Assembly: GCF_009914755.1 (NCBI RefSeq)
Contig: NC_060931.1
Source: the human T2T-CHM13v2.0 reference genome, Homo sapiens
DNA length: 64,000 nucleotides
Direction: 5' to 3' (one strand)
Shown here: positions 40,670-54,109 of the stretch, piece after piece
How the letters are laid out: every line of letters starts with the position of its first letter
How positions within the stretch are numbered: position 1 is the stretch's first letter
Notes under the pieces: generated by a model
Seen by the model: the letters and a program-made list of their open reading frames with translations, nothing else
The model's database searches: none
What the model was told of the DNA's origin: nothing
Translations under genes and position numbers: made by a program

Positions 40670-42020
40670 GGAAAAGCATAAATATTTCTTTATAAGGTTT
40701 TATAGGAATATGTGTTTTCATTTGTCTTAGGTATATACCTAAAAGTGGAATTGCTGGGTCATATACTATATGTTTAGACTTTTGAGAAACTGCTAGACTG
40801 TTTTCCCAAGGAACTGCACCATTTAACACTCCCATCAGCAATCTATGAGGGTTTCTATTTCTCCACATCTTCACCAACAAATATTACCTCTTTTAAATCA
40901 TAGCCATCCCAGTGAACGTGAAGTGGTAGCTCACTGTGGTTTTTGTTTGCATTTCCCTTATGACTAACTATATGCAGAATCTTTTCATGTGCTTAGTGAA
41001 CATTTGTATGTCTTCTTTAAAGAAATATCTATTTAAACTCTGTCCATTTTTAATTGGATTGTCTTTTATTGTTGAATTTAATAGTTCTTTATATATTACA
41101 AATATAGGTCTGTTATTCAATACATGGTTTGCAAATATTTTATCTCATTCTTTGGATTATGTTTCCACTTTCTTGTTAACATCTTTTGAAGAGCAAAAGT
41201 TTTCAATTGCATTATGGTAAAGTTCAATTTATCTATTTTTTCTTGTTACTTGTATTTTCCTTGTCATATTTAAGAAGGCTTTGCCTAAGCCAAGACTATA
41301 AAGATTTACCTCTATATATTCTTCTAAGAGTTTTATACTTTTGTTTTTTACATTTTTGAATCTATGATCCATTCTGAGTTAATATTTTTATATGGTGTGA
41401 GGAAGAGGGAAAACTTTATTCTTTTACATGTAGATATCTGGTTGTTAAAAAAGATTTGTTAAAAAGATTATTCTTTCCCCCACTTAATTGTCTTGGCATC
41501 CTTGTTGAAAATTAATTGACCATAAATGTAAGAGTTTACTTCTGAACTATAAACTCTATTCCACTGATATTTATTTTTATCCTTATGCTAATACCATACT
41601 GTACTCATTACTATAGCTTTCTATTGAATGTTAAAATTGAGAAGTTCGAGTTCTCCAACCCCCATCTTTTTTATGATAATTTTAGATATTGTGAGCCCAT
41701 CAAATTTCCATATGAATTTCAGGATCAGCTTATCAATGTATGCAAAAAATGTAGCTGTGATTTTCATAGGGATTGTGGTGAATCTGTAGATCAATTTGGA
41801 GAACATTGGGGAATATTGCCATTTTAACCATATTAAGTCTTCCAATCTGTAAGTATGACATGGATTACCATTTATTTAGATCGACTTTGATTTCTTTCAG
41901 TTATGTTTTGTATTATTGAATGTAGAAGTCTTTTACTTTTTTGTTAAATTTATTCCTAAGTATTTGATTATTTGATGCTATTGTATTAATAAATGAAATT
42001 GTTATTAATTAAACCTAATT
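40670..42020 (-). mobile_element. L1MB-like ORF2 3' fragment
   Basis: ORFs 40662-40880 'YDPAIPLLGIY' and 41621-41845 'LIYRFTTIPMKI..DKLILKFIWK'. Confidence 0.85.
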
Positions 42021-42071
42021 GCATCTTTGAATCTGAAGTGCATTTCCTGTAGTGAACATAAAGGTGGATTT

Positions 42072-42432
42072 TGCTATAATCTGAATGTTTTTGTCCCCCC
42101 ACGAATTCTTATGTTGAAATCCTAACTCCCAAGGTGGTAGTATTAGTAATTGGGGTCTTTTGGAGGTGATTATGTTACATGGGTAAAGCCATCATAAATG
42201 GGATTAGTACTCTTTTATAAAGAGGCTGAAGAAAGACTCCTTCTCCCTTCCATCACATGAGGTTATGATGAGAAGACAGCTGTCTATAAAGAAGCAAGCC
42301 ATCACCAGACACTCTATCTCCTGGCAGCTTCATCCTGGACTATCAAGCCTCCAAAATTGTGAGAAATTTCTGTTGTTTATAAGCCACCCAGTCTATGGTA
42401 TTTTGTAATAGTATCCCATATGAACTAAGACA
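42072..42432 (+). mobile_element. MLT1A-like MaLR solo LTR
   Basis: TGCTATAATCTGAATGT..TAAGCCACCCAGTCTATGGTATTTTGT..CTAAGACA; TSD GATTT/GATCT. Confidence 0.85.
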
Positions 42433-42898
42433 GATCTTTCTATATCTGGACTGTCAATCTATGCTTTTGATCAGCATAATTAATCCTTTCACATTTATTT
42501 TTATTATTGATAAAACTGTATTTATATCTTACATTTTATCTTTCTTTTTTCTATATTTCTCGTGTCATTTTTATTCTACTTTTTCTCATTTATCGCTTTT
42601 TTGCATTAAGTAAATATTTTTCTAGTGTGACTTTTATTTCCTTTAATGAACTTATGCAACTTTTAGTTCCTTTTTATTATATATTTAATTATTTTATGTA
42701 TGCTGGGCTTACCACATACATCTTAACTTGTCAGAATATCCTTGGGATTTATACTAACTTTATTCTTGTGAGATACAGAAATGATATTTTCTATTTCACA
42801 GTGATAAGACATTGTCATTATGCCCTCTACCTTTTCATTTTTATTTTACCTTTTCCTTTCCCTTTACCCCTTTGCCTTTTTTACCTTAGTTCTTTTAG

Positions 42899-43210
<312 letters not shown>

Positions 43211-43405
43211 CCTTTGAGCACATTTATAATAGCTTCTTTGAGGTCTTTGTCTGCTAAATTTTAAAACAGAACTCTCTCAAAGGCAGTTGGTGTTGCCTGC
43301 TTTTTTTCTTGTATATAGATTGATTTCCTTTTTTGCTTTTGCAAATCTTGTGATTTTTTGTTAAAAATATCATTTTAGATACACTATTGTAGCAACAGTG
43401 AATAG

Positions 43406-43406
<1 letters not shown>

Positions 43407-43439
<33 letters not shown>
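43407..43439. repeat. (CA)16 microsatellite
   Basis: Perfect CA run. Confidence 0.98.
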
Positions 43440-43441
<2 letters not shown>

Positions 43442-44804
43442 CCCAGTAGAGTTGTTGTTTTTTTTTTTATGTGTTTAGTGACCTTGTTGAACTATTTAAG
43501 AAAGTCTATATTTTTGTACTGTGCAATTTCTCAGTCACTCTTCAGAGGATGTGGCCTTGGCCATGTGCATAGTCACCAGGGATAATGGTGAATTTAGCAG
43601 GGCTGTTTTTGACTTTCTCCTTCCCAGTCATTCTGTTAAGCTGTCTGCTTGTCTCAGTATTATATCTAGCTATTATTATAGCTTCCATCAATTGCTAGCT
43701 GATTATTCCATTGTTTTTGATGATGCCCTTGGGCCTAAATTGCTTCCTATCTTTGAGGCCACTGTTGAGGTTTGTTCCAACCACAGGAGGGCTCTTTTTA
43801 GCTGTCTGTTTCCTGGTTTTCTCTGCCAAAGTTCCACCTTGTTTGTAGTGCAGCTTGCTCCTGTCATGGAACTACCAGCCCTCTCTTAATTACTTACAAT
43901 CACTGCTTACCTCCACTGTTTCCCAGAAAGCCCTTAGGCTCGAATTTCCCTTACTTTCTGTTCCAAATAAAGTCAGTTCCTTAAGTGGAGCTTTCGAGCT
44001 TTCTCCTCTTAGGACCAACGTATCTAGTTGGGCAAAACCGTTGTGTCGCTGCTCTGGAGGTAGGGACCAGGATAGTGGCTTACTTCTCTGAGTGGCACCC
44101 CTGCTTCGCAAGCAGGGCACTGGATTGAGGCAGCAGCCTCTGGTCTTCTCAACTTGCCTCCTTTTGTGAGGAACCTTTGGCTTTCTAAGCTACAGGTGAG
44201 GGCAGTTAGGGCCCCAGTATTCTTGGCCTGCCATACCTGGGGTATGAGTGGGAGCTGGGTGGAGAAAGGAAGCCCCAGACCTCTCATTGTTCTTGCCTCA
44301 AACAGAGTCTCTGTAGCACTGAGCTGGTAGCTTGCCCTTCTCATAGAGATACTTCTCATGGAGATACTTAAGGGACTGACTTTATTTGGAACAGTCATAC
44401 AAGGCCTATGTTCTTGGCCGATGGGAAAGAGCTTTGATCTTGCCTGCATCTATGCAGAGTAGAGCTGTCATTTTGCTGAGCTGGATGGGGAAAGAAAGAA
44501 CAGGAAGTAGCTCAAATTTCACTGTTCTTAGCAAAATTTGGTAGATTTTCTTAAATAAATGTTTCTTTTTATGCTGTATGCCCATAGAACAAGTTCCAAA
44601 GATTTAAAATGTTTGGGTTTCTTTTCTCAGTTTCACCAATTAGGTTGTTTCACTAGGGAGAGGGTACATGTAGGTTATTATGCCAAAATTCTGGAAATTG
44701 TCTACCAGTATCATATAATTTTAAACTAAGAATTTCAAAATTAAAGAAGCATATTAATTGCTCTCAATTATAAAACACATATGCAATAATAATTTTGGAG
44801 GATT

Positions 44805-45235
44805 GTATTAAAAATCACAACACTTAGTGCTCTATGACAATGTTCATTCTGCTCATGAATCTGCAATTTGGCAGAACTTCTGCCAAAGAGACTGTTCACT
44901 CTTGCTTTATTCCATGTCGACTAGGGTTACTCAAAAGTTAGAACTGAAATAACTTAAGGGCTCACTCATTCATATTTTTGGTGGGTTATACTTGGAAAAT
45001 TCAAACCGCTGCAGGTTATAGTAGCTAGGGCTTCTTGGATATCGCTATCTTTATGTGGCCTCCCCATGTGGTCTCTCTAGCATGCTTCAGGGTAGCTGAT
45101 CTTTTATATGTCACCTAAGGGCTTCCAAGGCATGTGTCCTCAGAGACAGGAAAAAGAGGAAACTCTGACTTTTTATGACCTAGCCTTGGAAGTCATAAAG
45201 TGTCATTTCTGCTCAAGTCCCAGGCCCACTAGATT
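44805..45235 (-). mobile_element. MLT1-type (G/H-like) MaLR LTR
   Basis: GCTCATGAATCTGCAATTTGG..TTTTATGACCTAGCCTTGGAAGTCA..TCATTTCTGC. Confidence 0.7.
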
Positions 45236-45469
45236 CACCCATTTGCCCATTTATCTTGGCATTTCTATTTATAGAGATGAGTAAGCATGATACTCAGAAA
45301 AATAAAGAAATTTACCCAAATTATAGACCTAATAAATGAGAGAACAATGATTGAATAACTCTGTCTGGTAATATTCAATAAATGCTATTAAGATACTTGG
45401 TCACAACTTTTATATAAAAACAAATTTACACCCTGCGAGCGAGAAACAAAAATTCCTTCTAGGAGATAC

Positions 45470-46060
45470 CAGGAGATAGACAAATCATAGTACGGACAAC
45501 TCACACATTTCAACAATGTTATGTGATGTGTACACCCCGCTAGTAGAAATGCAATGTTTCAAGGGAGGCTAAGAGATGGAGCAATTTACTCTTCCTTGGG
45601 GGTGAGAGGGACTGCCCGGCTGAGAGGTAACATTTGAGCAGAACCTTAGAGGATCTTCAGCGATAGATAGTCTGTAGTTGAGGAAGAGAGGTCAGAGCCC
45701 AGGCCCAGAGAGCACAGGGCCACGGAACTGACATGGGGGGTGTGGAGATTCAGGGAAGGCTGGGCACTAAAGCATAACTGTGGGATATGGTGAAGCCCAG
45801 GTGTTGGGGGAGGTGGGGTCAGGAGATGAGGCTGGAAATAGGTTAGGCCTTGCTTGTGAATGACTTTGAATGACATACTTAGAAGTTGCTCTTTAACTTA
45901 TGACTAATCAAGAGCCACAGCAGTTTATAAGTAGAGAAGTGATACAGTAAATTCCACATTTAGAAAGACCACTTCAGTGATTACATAGAGAAAAATGAAG
46001 GGATTTAATACTGGGGAATAAGACACAAGACAGGAGAGCAATGTAATAGACGGTGCTCTG
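45470..46060 (-). mobile_element. L2 fragment
   Basis: AGATGAGGCTGGAAATAGG..GAGAAGTGATA..TTTAGAAAGACCACT. Confidence 0.55.
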
Positions 46061-46171
46061 GTGTTGAGAATGACATCAGAGGCATATCTTTTGTGTTTTT
46101 ATTCCAATACTGTTGTAAACTTCTGAAGCTTGAAGGTCTGTGCAGCAAAAAAATCTCAGTGTAGGTAGAGG

Positions 46172-46631
46172 TGTAGCAGGACAAGCAGCAGACAAAACCC
46201 CTCAGACACCGAGTTAAAGAAGGAAGGGCTTTATTCGGCCAGGAGCTTCGGCAAGACTCACGTCTCCAAAAACCGAGCTCCCCAAGTGAGCAATTCCTGT
46301 CTCCTTTAAGGGCTTATAACTCTAAGGGGGTCTGTGTGAGACGGTCGTGATCAACTGAGCAAGCAGGGGGTATGTGACTGGGGGCTGCATGCACCGGCAA
46401 TCACAACGGAACAGAACAGGACAGGGATTTTCACAGTGCTTTTCCATAAAATGTCTGGAATCTATAGATAACATAACCAGTTAGGTCAGGGGTCAATCTT
46501 TAACCAGGCCCAGGGCACGGCGCCAGGCTGTCTGCCTGTGGATTTCATTTCTGCCTTTTAGTTTTTACTTCTTCTTTCTTTGGAGGCAGAAATTGGGCAT
46601 AAGCCAATATGAGGGGTGGTCTCCTCCCTTA
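46172..46631 (-). mobile_element. Solo LTR2 (HERV-E/Harlequin-type ERV1 LTR)
   Basis: Minus strand runs TAAGGGAGGAGACCACCCCTCATATTG..AATAAA..TCCTGCTACA; 4-bp TSD GAGG at 46168-46171 and 46632-46635. Confidence 0.88.
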
Positions 46632-47559
46632 GAGGTATCAACTGTTATTTAATTACATTTTAGCAAAATTTTAAGGGTGGTTTTTCTAGCAGTAGGAAAG
46701 AGGAAAAACACCAAAATTTGACTAAGTTATTTGGCTTTTATTCAATTCGTTTTGCTCTTTTTTTTCCTGTGACATGAGTTTGTTCCTGAAGGGCAAGGTC
46801 AAAGGAGTTTCTGACTAATGTATCCCTAAACTTCGTGCTGTTTTATTACTCTTCCATTGAGGCCAGCACACCTTAATATGACATTTTAAAATTCACAACG
46901 TTTTGTTAGCAAAATAGTTACTTTTTTTGCACTTTTATTTTTTAAAACAATTTTTTATTAAAACAATTATCTTATCAGAACCAATGACGATACCCATCAG
47001 CCAGTGTTAGTAATGCCAAACAGGCCTCTCAGCTTGCACTATGTTAATTATATTCAAAATAAGAATCCACAGAAAGAACTCAAATAAGTACAAATATTTC
47101 TTAATATATTTTTGGGATGGAATTCCTAATAGAGTCTATTCCTTGCCTGAAACCTGCAAATATACATTACTTTTAATGTTGTTAAGTATGAGTCACAAGT
47201 AGAGGTAAGAGGCAGTGAACACAATGTTTCTTACTGCAAATCTTTTTTTCCCCTCTAAAAATTGGAGTTGTCTTATACTATAGTCACTGAGGAGAGTTAC
47301 AATAAGAACCATCAAAATTGTTAGTTGCAACTTGAGATAAATAAAATACACATAAATCCTCCCAAGTGGAAAAATATTCACTGTGTGTGTCTTTCATTTT
47401 CATTCATTAAGACAAAGTTCTGAAAGCCAAGTACTACATTTGTTGTTTAGTTCCCTTTTGCACTCAGAAGATTCAAAGGGAACTTGACATTAGCATTTCT
47501 AATCACCCTCTTTCAGTGAGAGCTGACACACAATCTATTTTGAATAGGCCTGAATGTCA

Positions 47560-48060
47560 ATCACTGGTTTAGAGTCCACAAAGTGGGGAGGAGTGTGTTG
47601 AGTGTGAACACAGGGAGCTGCATCTCCTGCATTTGAGCTTTAGATTCCTGAGGGCACCCAAGTGAAGATGTCCATCATACAGCTGAATAGATGGTTCCAA
47701 ATGTCGGAAGAAGACGCTGGATTGGAAATACAAATATGACTGGAAAATAAGTTGAAAAAACTTTCTTTAAATCTTTTCAAATGTACCCCAGTGTATCCAG
47801 ACTCTGCTACTCCAGGCCACATGGCCAAGAAGTGAGTCTGTTGTATGAGAGCCAAAACGAAGGGTGGTGAGTTGGATGCATGGTTGGACAGTAACACTTC
47901 TTCTCAGTATAAGAGACTAGATGAAAGCCTAAGGAGAAAGATTGTTTAAAAAACAGGGCCAGAGACTATGAGGATTATAGGGAAGAGGAAATGGAGACAC
48001 CTCATTCTTCAATGTTGGAAGCTGATCAAGAACATTTCTTGAAGTGCATGGAAGAGAACT
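47560..48060 (-). mobile_element. L2 fragments
   Basis: TTTGAGCTTTAGATTCCTGAGGGCACCCAAGTGAAGATGTCC..CAGCTGAATAGATGG. Confidence 0.55.
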
Positions 48061-48469
48061 CCGTGCTGAGTTATTATTCTACCCATTTTGGGAGCACCAT
48101 CAACACAAATCACTTATCAGCCATTGAGTATTTCATTTTGAGTTACACTGGTCAGTGTTTGGGAACTGGCACAACCTCCTCTCCAGGGACTATTCTGCTG
48201 CAGAAAAACACAGGCCAAGACTCTTTGCCCCAAATCGAAGCTGAGGCTCCTGGACTACTTGGGAGGTAATAGTGTGAAGCCCACACCCTAGGCAGAGGGG
48301 GAATGAAGAGAGCTGTTTGGTCATTGTCCAACTTATGCAATTTAGGCCTATTATATCTTGGTACTTGTCTAGGATACTGTTAAACTCAGAATCTAGGTTT
48401 GGGATTGTATTGCAAACATAGTAGCAACACTAGATGAAGCCAAGTATATCTCTTTCAAGAATGACAAAA

Positions 48470-48885
48470 GGTCTGAAATTTTACTCTCCTTGCAGACAAA
48501 CAGGTTAGCCTGCCACATTTTCACGGATGCTGGCAGGAGATACAAGACTCCCAGGTCATAGACAACTTTTTTTGCTCACAGCACAGCAGGCAGCATGAGC
48601 TCTGTGTTTGTTTCAATCCCCTCACCCCGCAATTTCCATAGGGGAATGAAGAGGCAAGCAAGTGATGTTGTGCATACATCACAGCCAAAGAACCCCAAGC
48701 TCAGGAAACCCCCATCTTTTATAAGGGACCTGTAAGTAAACCTACTTGCCTTTTCCCCAAAGGAGACATCATCTTTATCACACTGCACAGAAAACAAGCC
48801 TGCCCCTTGCTCCAGAGAGATACTATTTCCACACAGCCTGGCTGTTTGCTAGACAAACATCCTTGGAAAGATGGTTTGGGCATTA
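48470..48885. mobile_element. Ancient LTR-like element, family uncertain
   Basis: GCTCACAGCACAGCAGGCAGCATGAGC..TCTTTTATAAGGG resembles old ERV LTR U3/R sequence. Confidence 0.4.
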
Positions 48886-50342
48886 GTTGGCTTAGAAGAA
48901 TGATTCTTAAGGGATGGCAGGAATAGCTATAATCCATGCTGGGAGAAGGTGGTATATTTCATTGATCAGTAATCATTAGTTAATAGCTAACTAATTGTAA
49001 CCAAATTACAATCCATGAGACCACGCATCAACCAAACAATATCTGTTATGCAATTCTATGTGAAATACAACAAATTATTTCCCATAGAAACAAAAACATC
49101 ACCCTTGACTAGACAGGACTGAGGGAATTATTATAATTGTTCAATTTATACTTGGTGTACAGGCTTAAACACAGAGGCAGTAGTTAACACCACAGGCTAG
49201 GATGAGTTGGGATTACCCACGGAATATAATAAGTAAAGATGTGATGAAGGACGGCCAAGATGGGAAACCAACTGAATAAACTTAAGGCACTTGGCCAAAC
49301 CCTGGGTCAGCGTCTTAACATTGCTGCCAGCATTACACTTGCACATTTAATGAAGATTTCTTAGTAACAAGATCTGACTGAGCTTGAAGCTGCTTCTAAC
49401 CTTGAATGTTTAATTTCATAAACCTGTAAATGACTTGTTTTCCGTCCTAGGAATACCTTGAATGAAAAATAGTACACACTGAGAAAGTATATTATGTTAG
49501 TGCACAGCAGGAAGGATTATCACAAAGGCACTTATCGTGAAATTAGAACCCAGACCAAGAGTTAGAACAATCCCAAACCCCATATGCTCCTCTTAATCTC
49601 CTTACTATTGGTACCCTGTGTTCATTTCCAAAGGCAACCACTGTCCTCACTTCCAACATCATAGATTATGTTTATCTTCATTTGAACTTTGTTACACAAT
49701 GGCATCATGTGGTATGCATTTCTTGTGTCTGGCTTCTTTCTCTCAGTATCATGTTTGCAAGATTTATGGTGTTGTATTGTGTGCAGCCATAATTAGTTCA
49801 TCCTAATTACTGAATAGTATTCCATTGTATGAATATATCACAGCTTATTCATTCATTATAATCTTGATGGAATTTTGATTTGTTTTTAGTATTTGTCTAT
49901 TAAAGATAACGTTCCTATAAAACATTCTTGTACACATCTTTTGACAACTGTATACATTTCTGTTGGGTTTAAACTTAGAAGTAGAATTATAGGGATTTAG
50001 GGCATGCATAAATTCAGCTTTAATATACAATAGAAAACAGTATTCCAAATGACTCTACCAGTCGACACTATCACCAGCAGCATATGAGAGCTCTGCATTT
50101 TCATAGGTGCTTGCTACTGTCATCCTATTTAATTTTAGCCATTCTATTTGGTGTATAACAGAATTTCATTGTGGTTTTAATTTTCATTTCCCTAATGACT
50201 AATGAGCATGATTACTTTTTCATACGTGTATTGATCATTTGTATATCCTCTCTGTGAATTTCCTGTTAGAATATCTTGCCCACTTTTTCTGTTGGGTTGT
50301 TTGTCATTTTAAAAATAGATTTTAGGCATTTAAAAATTTTTA

Positions 50343-50604
50343 GGCCAGGTGCAGTGGCTCACACCTATAATCCCAGTGTGCTGAGAAGCCGAGGTGGGAG
50401 AGTCAATTCAGCCTAGGAGTTCAAGACCAGCTGAGGCAACGCAGCAAGATCCCATCTCTACAAACCATTTAAAAAATTAACCAGGCATGGTGGTGCACAC
50501 CTGTAGTCTTAACTGCAGGAGGCTGATGTGGGAGGATCACTTGAGCCCAAGAGTTGGAGGTTGCAGTGGGCTATGATTGCCCCACTGCACTCCAGCCGGG
50601 GCAA
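50343..50604 (+). mobile_element. AluJ lacking its 3' end and tail
   Basis: GGAGGATCACTTGAGCCCAAGAG..CTATGATTG; stops at CCAGCCGGGGCAA. Confidence 0.9.
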
Positions 50605-51899
50605 GTCCCTTGTCGGTTATATGCACAACAAATATCTTCTGTGACTCAGTGGCTTGCATTTGGCTCATATTAAGTGTCTTAGTTTTAATATAGTCTTCCT
50701 ATAATTACTTTTTTTTGGTTAATGGTTAACACTTTTGGCATTTAGGAAAATGTTCCCTACTCTTAAAAATATATTCTCCTGTTTTGTCCTTAGATATTTT
50801 ATTGATTTATTTATCCCATTTAGATCTATCACCCACCTGGGTTTTGGTTTTGTGGAGAGTGTGAATTGAGGATAAGATTAAACTTTTTCTTATGGATATG
50901 CAGCTAATCTAGCATCATTTATTTATTGTCCTTTTGCCACTACTCTCCACTCAAGTGACTGTATACATGTGGGCTTATTTCTCTATTCTCTGTTCTGTTC
51001 ATTTGGTGTGTTTTTCTATCCTTGCACCAATGACACAGTCTTTTAGTTACTCCAGTTTAATAATAAATCTTTATATCCAGAGTGTAAATCCTTCAAATTT
51101 TTAATTCTTCTTCCTGTGTATCTTGAGACTAAATGTATTAACTTTAGAATTATCCTATCGGTTTACACATATGCATACACACAACTGCTGCCATTTCTAA
51201 GTAGGGATTGTATCAATTTAATCATTTCACAGGAAACTGGCATCTTAATAATATACAGTCTTCTGATTCAAGGACAAGGTATGTAGCATTGCTTATTTGT
51301 CTTCTTTAACTTATCTCAATGCTGTTTTCAAGTTTCCAGTGTAGAAGCCTTATGTATTGTTAGATTTATCCCTAGATATTTAATGTTTTATGATGTCATT
51401 GTAATACTATTCAGTATACTTTTAATTTCATTATCTAATCCTTGATGACATATAAACCTAAAATTGTGTGTTACATGTTCAATTCTATCCAGCAATCTTG
51501 CTAAATTCACTCATTAATTCTAATAGGTCATCTACATTTTCTACACACATAATCATGTTGTCTGCAAATAACGGCAATTTTATTTCTCTTGCCATCTTCA
51601 TATATTTTATTTCTTTATCTTTCTTTATTTTACTGGCAAGGGACCTCTGGTAGTAGGCATCCAATTTAAAAGGAAAAACTTTCAATATATCACGAATGAA
51701 TATGTTCACTGCTTTAGGTTTGCTAAGGAACATTGAATTTTATCATATGATTTATCTGCATTTATTGAAATGGCCATTATTTTTCTCCTTTACTTTGTTA
51801 GAGTTTATGGTTGCTTGTTTTTGAAGTTTATATACATAGAATGATTTAATATGTATCCTTCATGTCCAACTTCTTTTGTTCAATATTAAGATTGTAAGA

Positions 51900-52198
51900 T
51901 TTATTTATTTATTTATTGAGACAAGGTCTTGCTGTGTCACCCAAGCTGGAGTGCAGTGGTGCGATCTTGGCTTACTGCAGCCTTGACCTCCTGGGCTCAA
52001 GCCATCCTCCCACCTCAGCCTCCCGAGTAACTGGTCCTACAGGCACACATCACCATGCCTAGCTAACTTTGTATTTTTGGCAGAGATGAGGTTTCATCAT
52101 GTTGCCCAGGCTGATCTCAAATTCATGGGCAGAAGTGATCCACTGGACTCAGGATCCCAAAGTGCTGGGATTATAGACATGAGCAACTGCACCCAGCC
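51900..52198 (-). mobile_element. AluJ
   Basis: (TTTA)n tail; CTGCAGCCTTGACCTCCTGGGCTCAAGC J-type diagnostics. Confidence 0.92.
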
Positions 52199-53099
52199 AT
52201 TCACGTTTTTGCATGTACCTAGGGCTGTTTATTTTCGTTGCTGAAGAAAATTCCATTGTATGATTATACCACAAATTATTTAACAAATATCAAATGGAGC
52301 CTTTTCTACAGCAGCATGTACTACATGCTAACAGTGGCTAAATTAAGAGTGAGGACTGGGAAGATTTGAAGAGACATAAAAGAAGTGTCAGATACAGACA
52401 TTGTGTTTGGAAAATTGCCTGTAGAAGTAAGGTCAGATCTACTATGACATTATCTTTCCCCAGAGAGGATTTAATTTGTTTTTGCAAGAGGCCTGGAGAC
52501 ACTGGCACCTGAAGATGACCCTAATCCAGTGTGAATAACCGAGGTGATTCCCAGCTGAGCTACAGTATCTGGTAAGGCCCACTGACTTATAGTTCACTAT
52601 CTGGGAGCAGCTCTTCAGGGTACCAATCAAAAGTGAGGCCCAGATTTGCCAGTCATCTTTCCTCTTGGTGAGTCTTGGATCCTCTGTCCCCTTGAGGCTG
52701 CCCAAATTGCAGCTCAGCCTCTCAGCTGTTTCCTCTGACACCAGCAAACAACTCCTGAGATAAAGACTCCTTAATCCACAGCCACCTGCCTGGCTTCACT
52801 TCTCCACTCACCCTGGCCCAGTGCTTCACTGAGTTATTGGCTCTTCCATGGTATCTAACAGATATTTTGCCATATTTTCTAGCTGCTTTTAGTGGAAGTG
52901 TTTGTCCAAATTACTTACCCATTTATTTCACATAAGCAAGGTCATCTTTTAAACAAAGCCCATGAACCAATAAAACACAACATAAAATGAATTGTAATTG
53001 GTTAGTACACATTCGAAAGATACCAGCTTCCTATTAAAAAAAAATCCAATTTCATATGAGATGATTTCAATGTTAAAGTAACGAATATTAAAGAAATGA

Positions 53100-53660
53100 G
53101 GATAATGGATGGAGCTCATTATCTCAGCTACTGCTAGTGAGAGTAAAACAGAAACTTATCTAAAGGGAATTTTGACAATATTAACAAGAATGGTACTATT
53201 TTTCATACTTACTGACAGTGCAATTCCACTGCTGGGGTAATTTATTCTAAGGTAATAATCTGAAAGATAGACAAATATTTAAGTCAAGTATATTCAATTT
53301 AGGATTACCTTTAATAAGGAAAACATTTAAACTTCCCTATAATATGATAACAGATAATTAAATAACAATATATCAATAATAGAATATTATACAATCTTTA
53401 AAATTAAATTTATTAAGCACGTCTCCTATAGTTTTAAATAACACTGTATCCAAAGCAAAATTTTAAAAATATATAATATGAATTCAGTTATTCTAAAAAA
53501 TACATAAAGAAAACTCTTGAAAAATATTCCAGATGTGTTAGTATTGGTTTCCTGAGTGGATATGTTATAGACATTTTGTCTCTGCATTTTTATAGTTTTA
53601 ACTGATTCATAAACTTTCTACTGAGTACACAAATCTTTTATAATCAGAAATAACCAGGAA
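53100..53660 (+). mobile_element. Old L1ME 3' fragment
   Basis: CTGCTAGTGAGAGTAAAA..CAATTCCACTGCTGGG. Confidence 0.5.
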
Positions 53661-54109
53661 AAAAAGACTTTTATGTTAAAATTAATAATAGTAAATGATT
53701 CATTGAGAATAAGATAGAATCCTTGTTAGTTTAATTTTCAGATAATTAAATATTTATGATATGATGCATATTCCAAATAGAGTCCCTGCCAGGAATAACA
53801 TCATGAAATAATTCAAAACTAGACAAACAGAAATCAGCTTTTCTCTTATAATTCATAAAGCATGTCAACTGTTACACTTTTCAAGGGTCACAGTCATGAA
53901 CATCGGTTAACACTCTATTAAAATATCTTAATCTCTTTCTTACTGTCTTCTTTTCCTAAGAGAACAAGCCCATTCATGATGTCTCCAGCACTTGATATAT
54001 GATTTTTCATTAATTTTCCCACACTTCATTTAAGGCAAACTTTTAAAATGTATTTTACAAATGTATAACAGATTCACAAGAAAACGTATGACTGCAAAAT
54101 TTCATGTCC

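Larger units (their letters stand above)
49560..52270 (-). mobile_element. Old L1ME-type ORF2/3' fragments
   Basis: ORF 51485-51733 'EIKLPLFADNMI..LLELMSEFSKIAG' (RT); CTGAATAGTATTCCATTGTATGAATATA. Confidence 0.8.

Noticed and set aside
44338-44369. 15-bp tandem duplication (CTTCTCATRGAGATA) and other short duplications at ~990 and ~32690
   Set aside because: These are ordinary slippage events with no sign of function.
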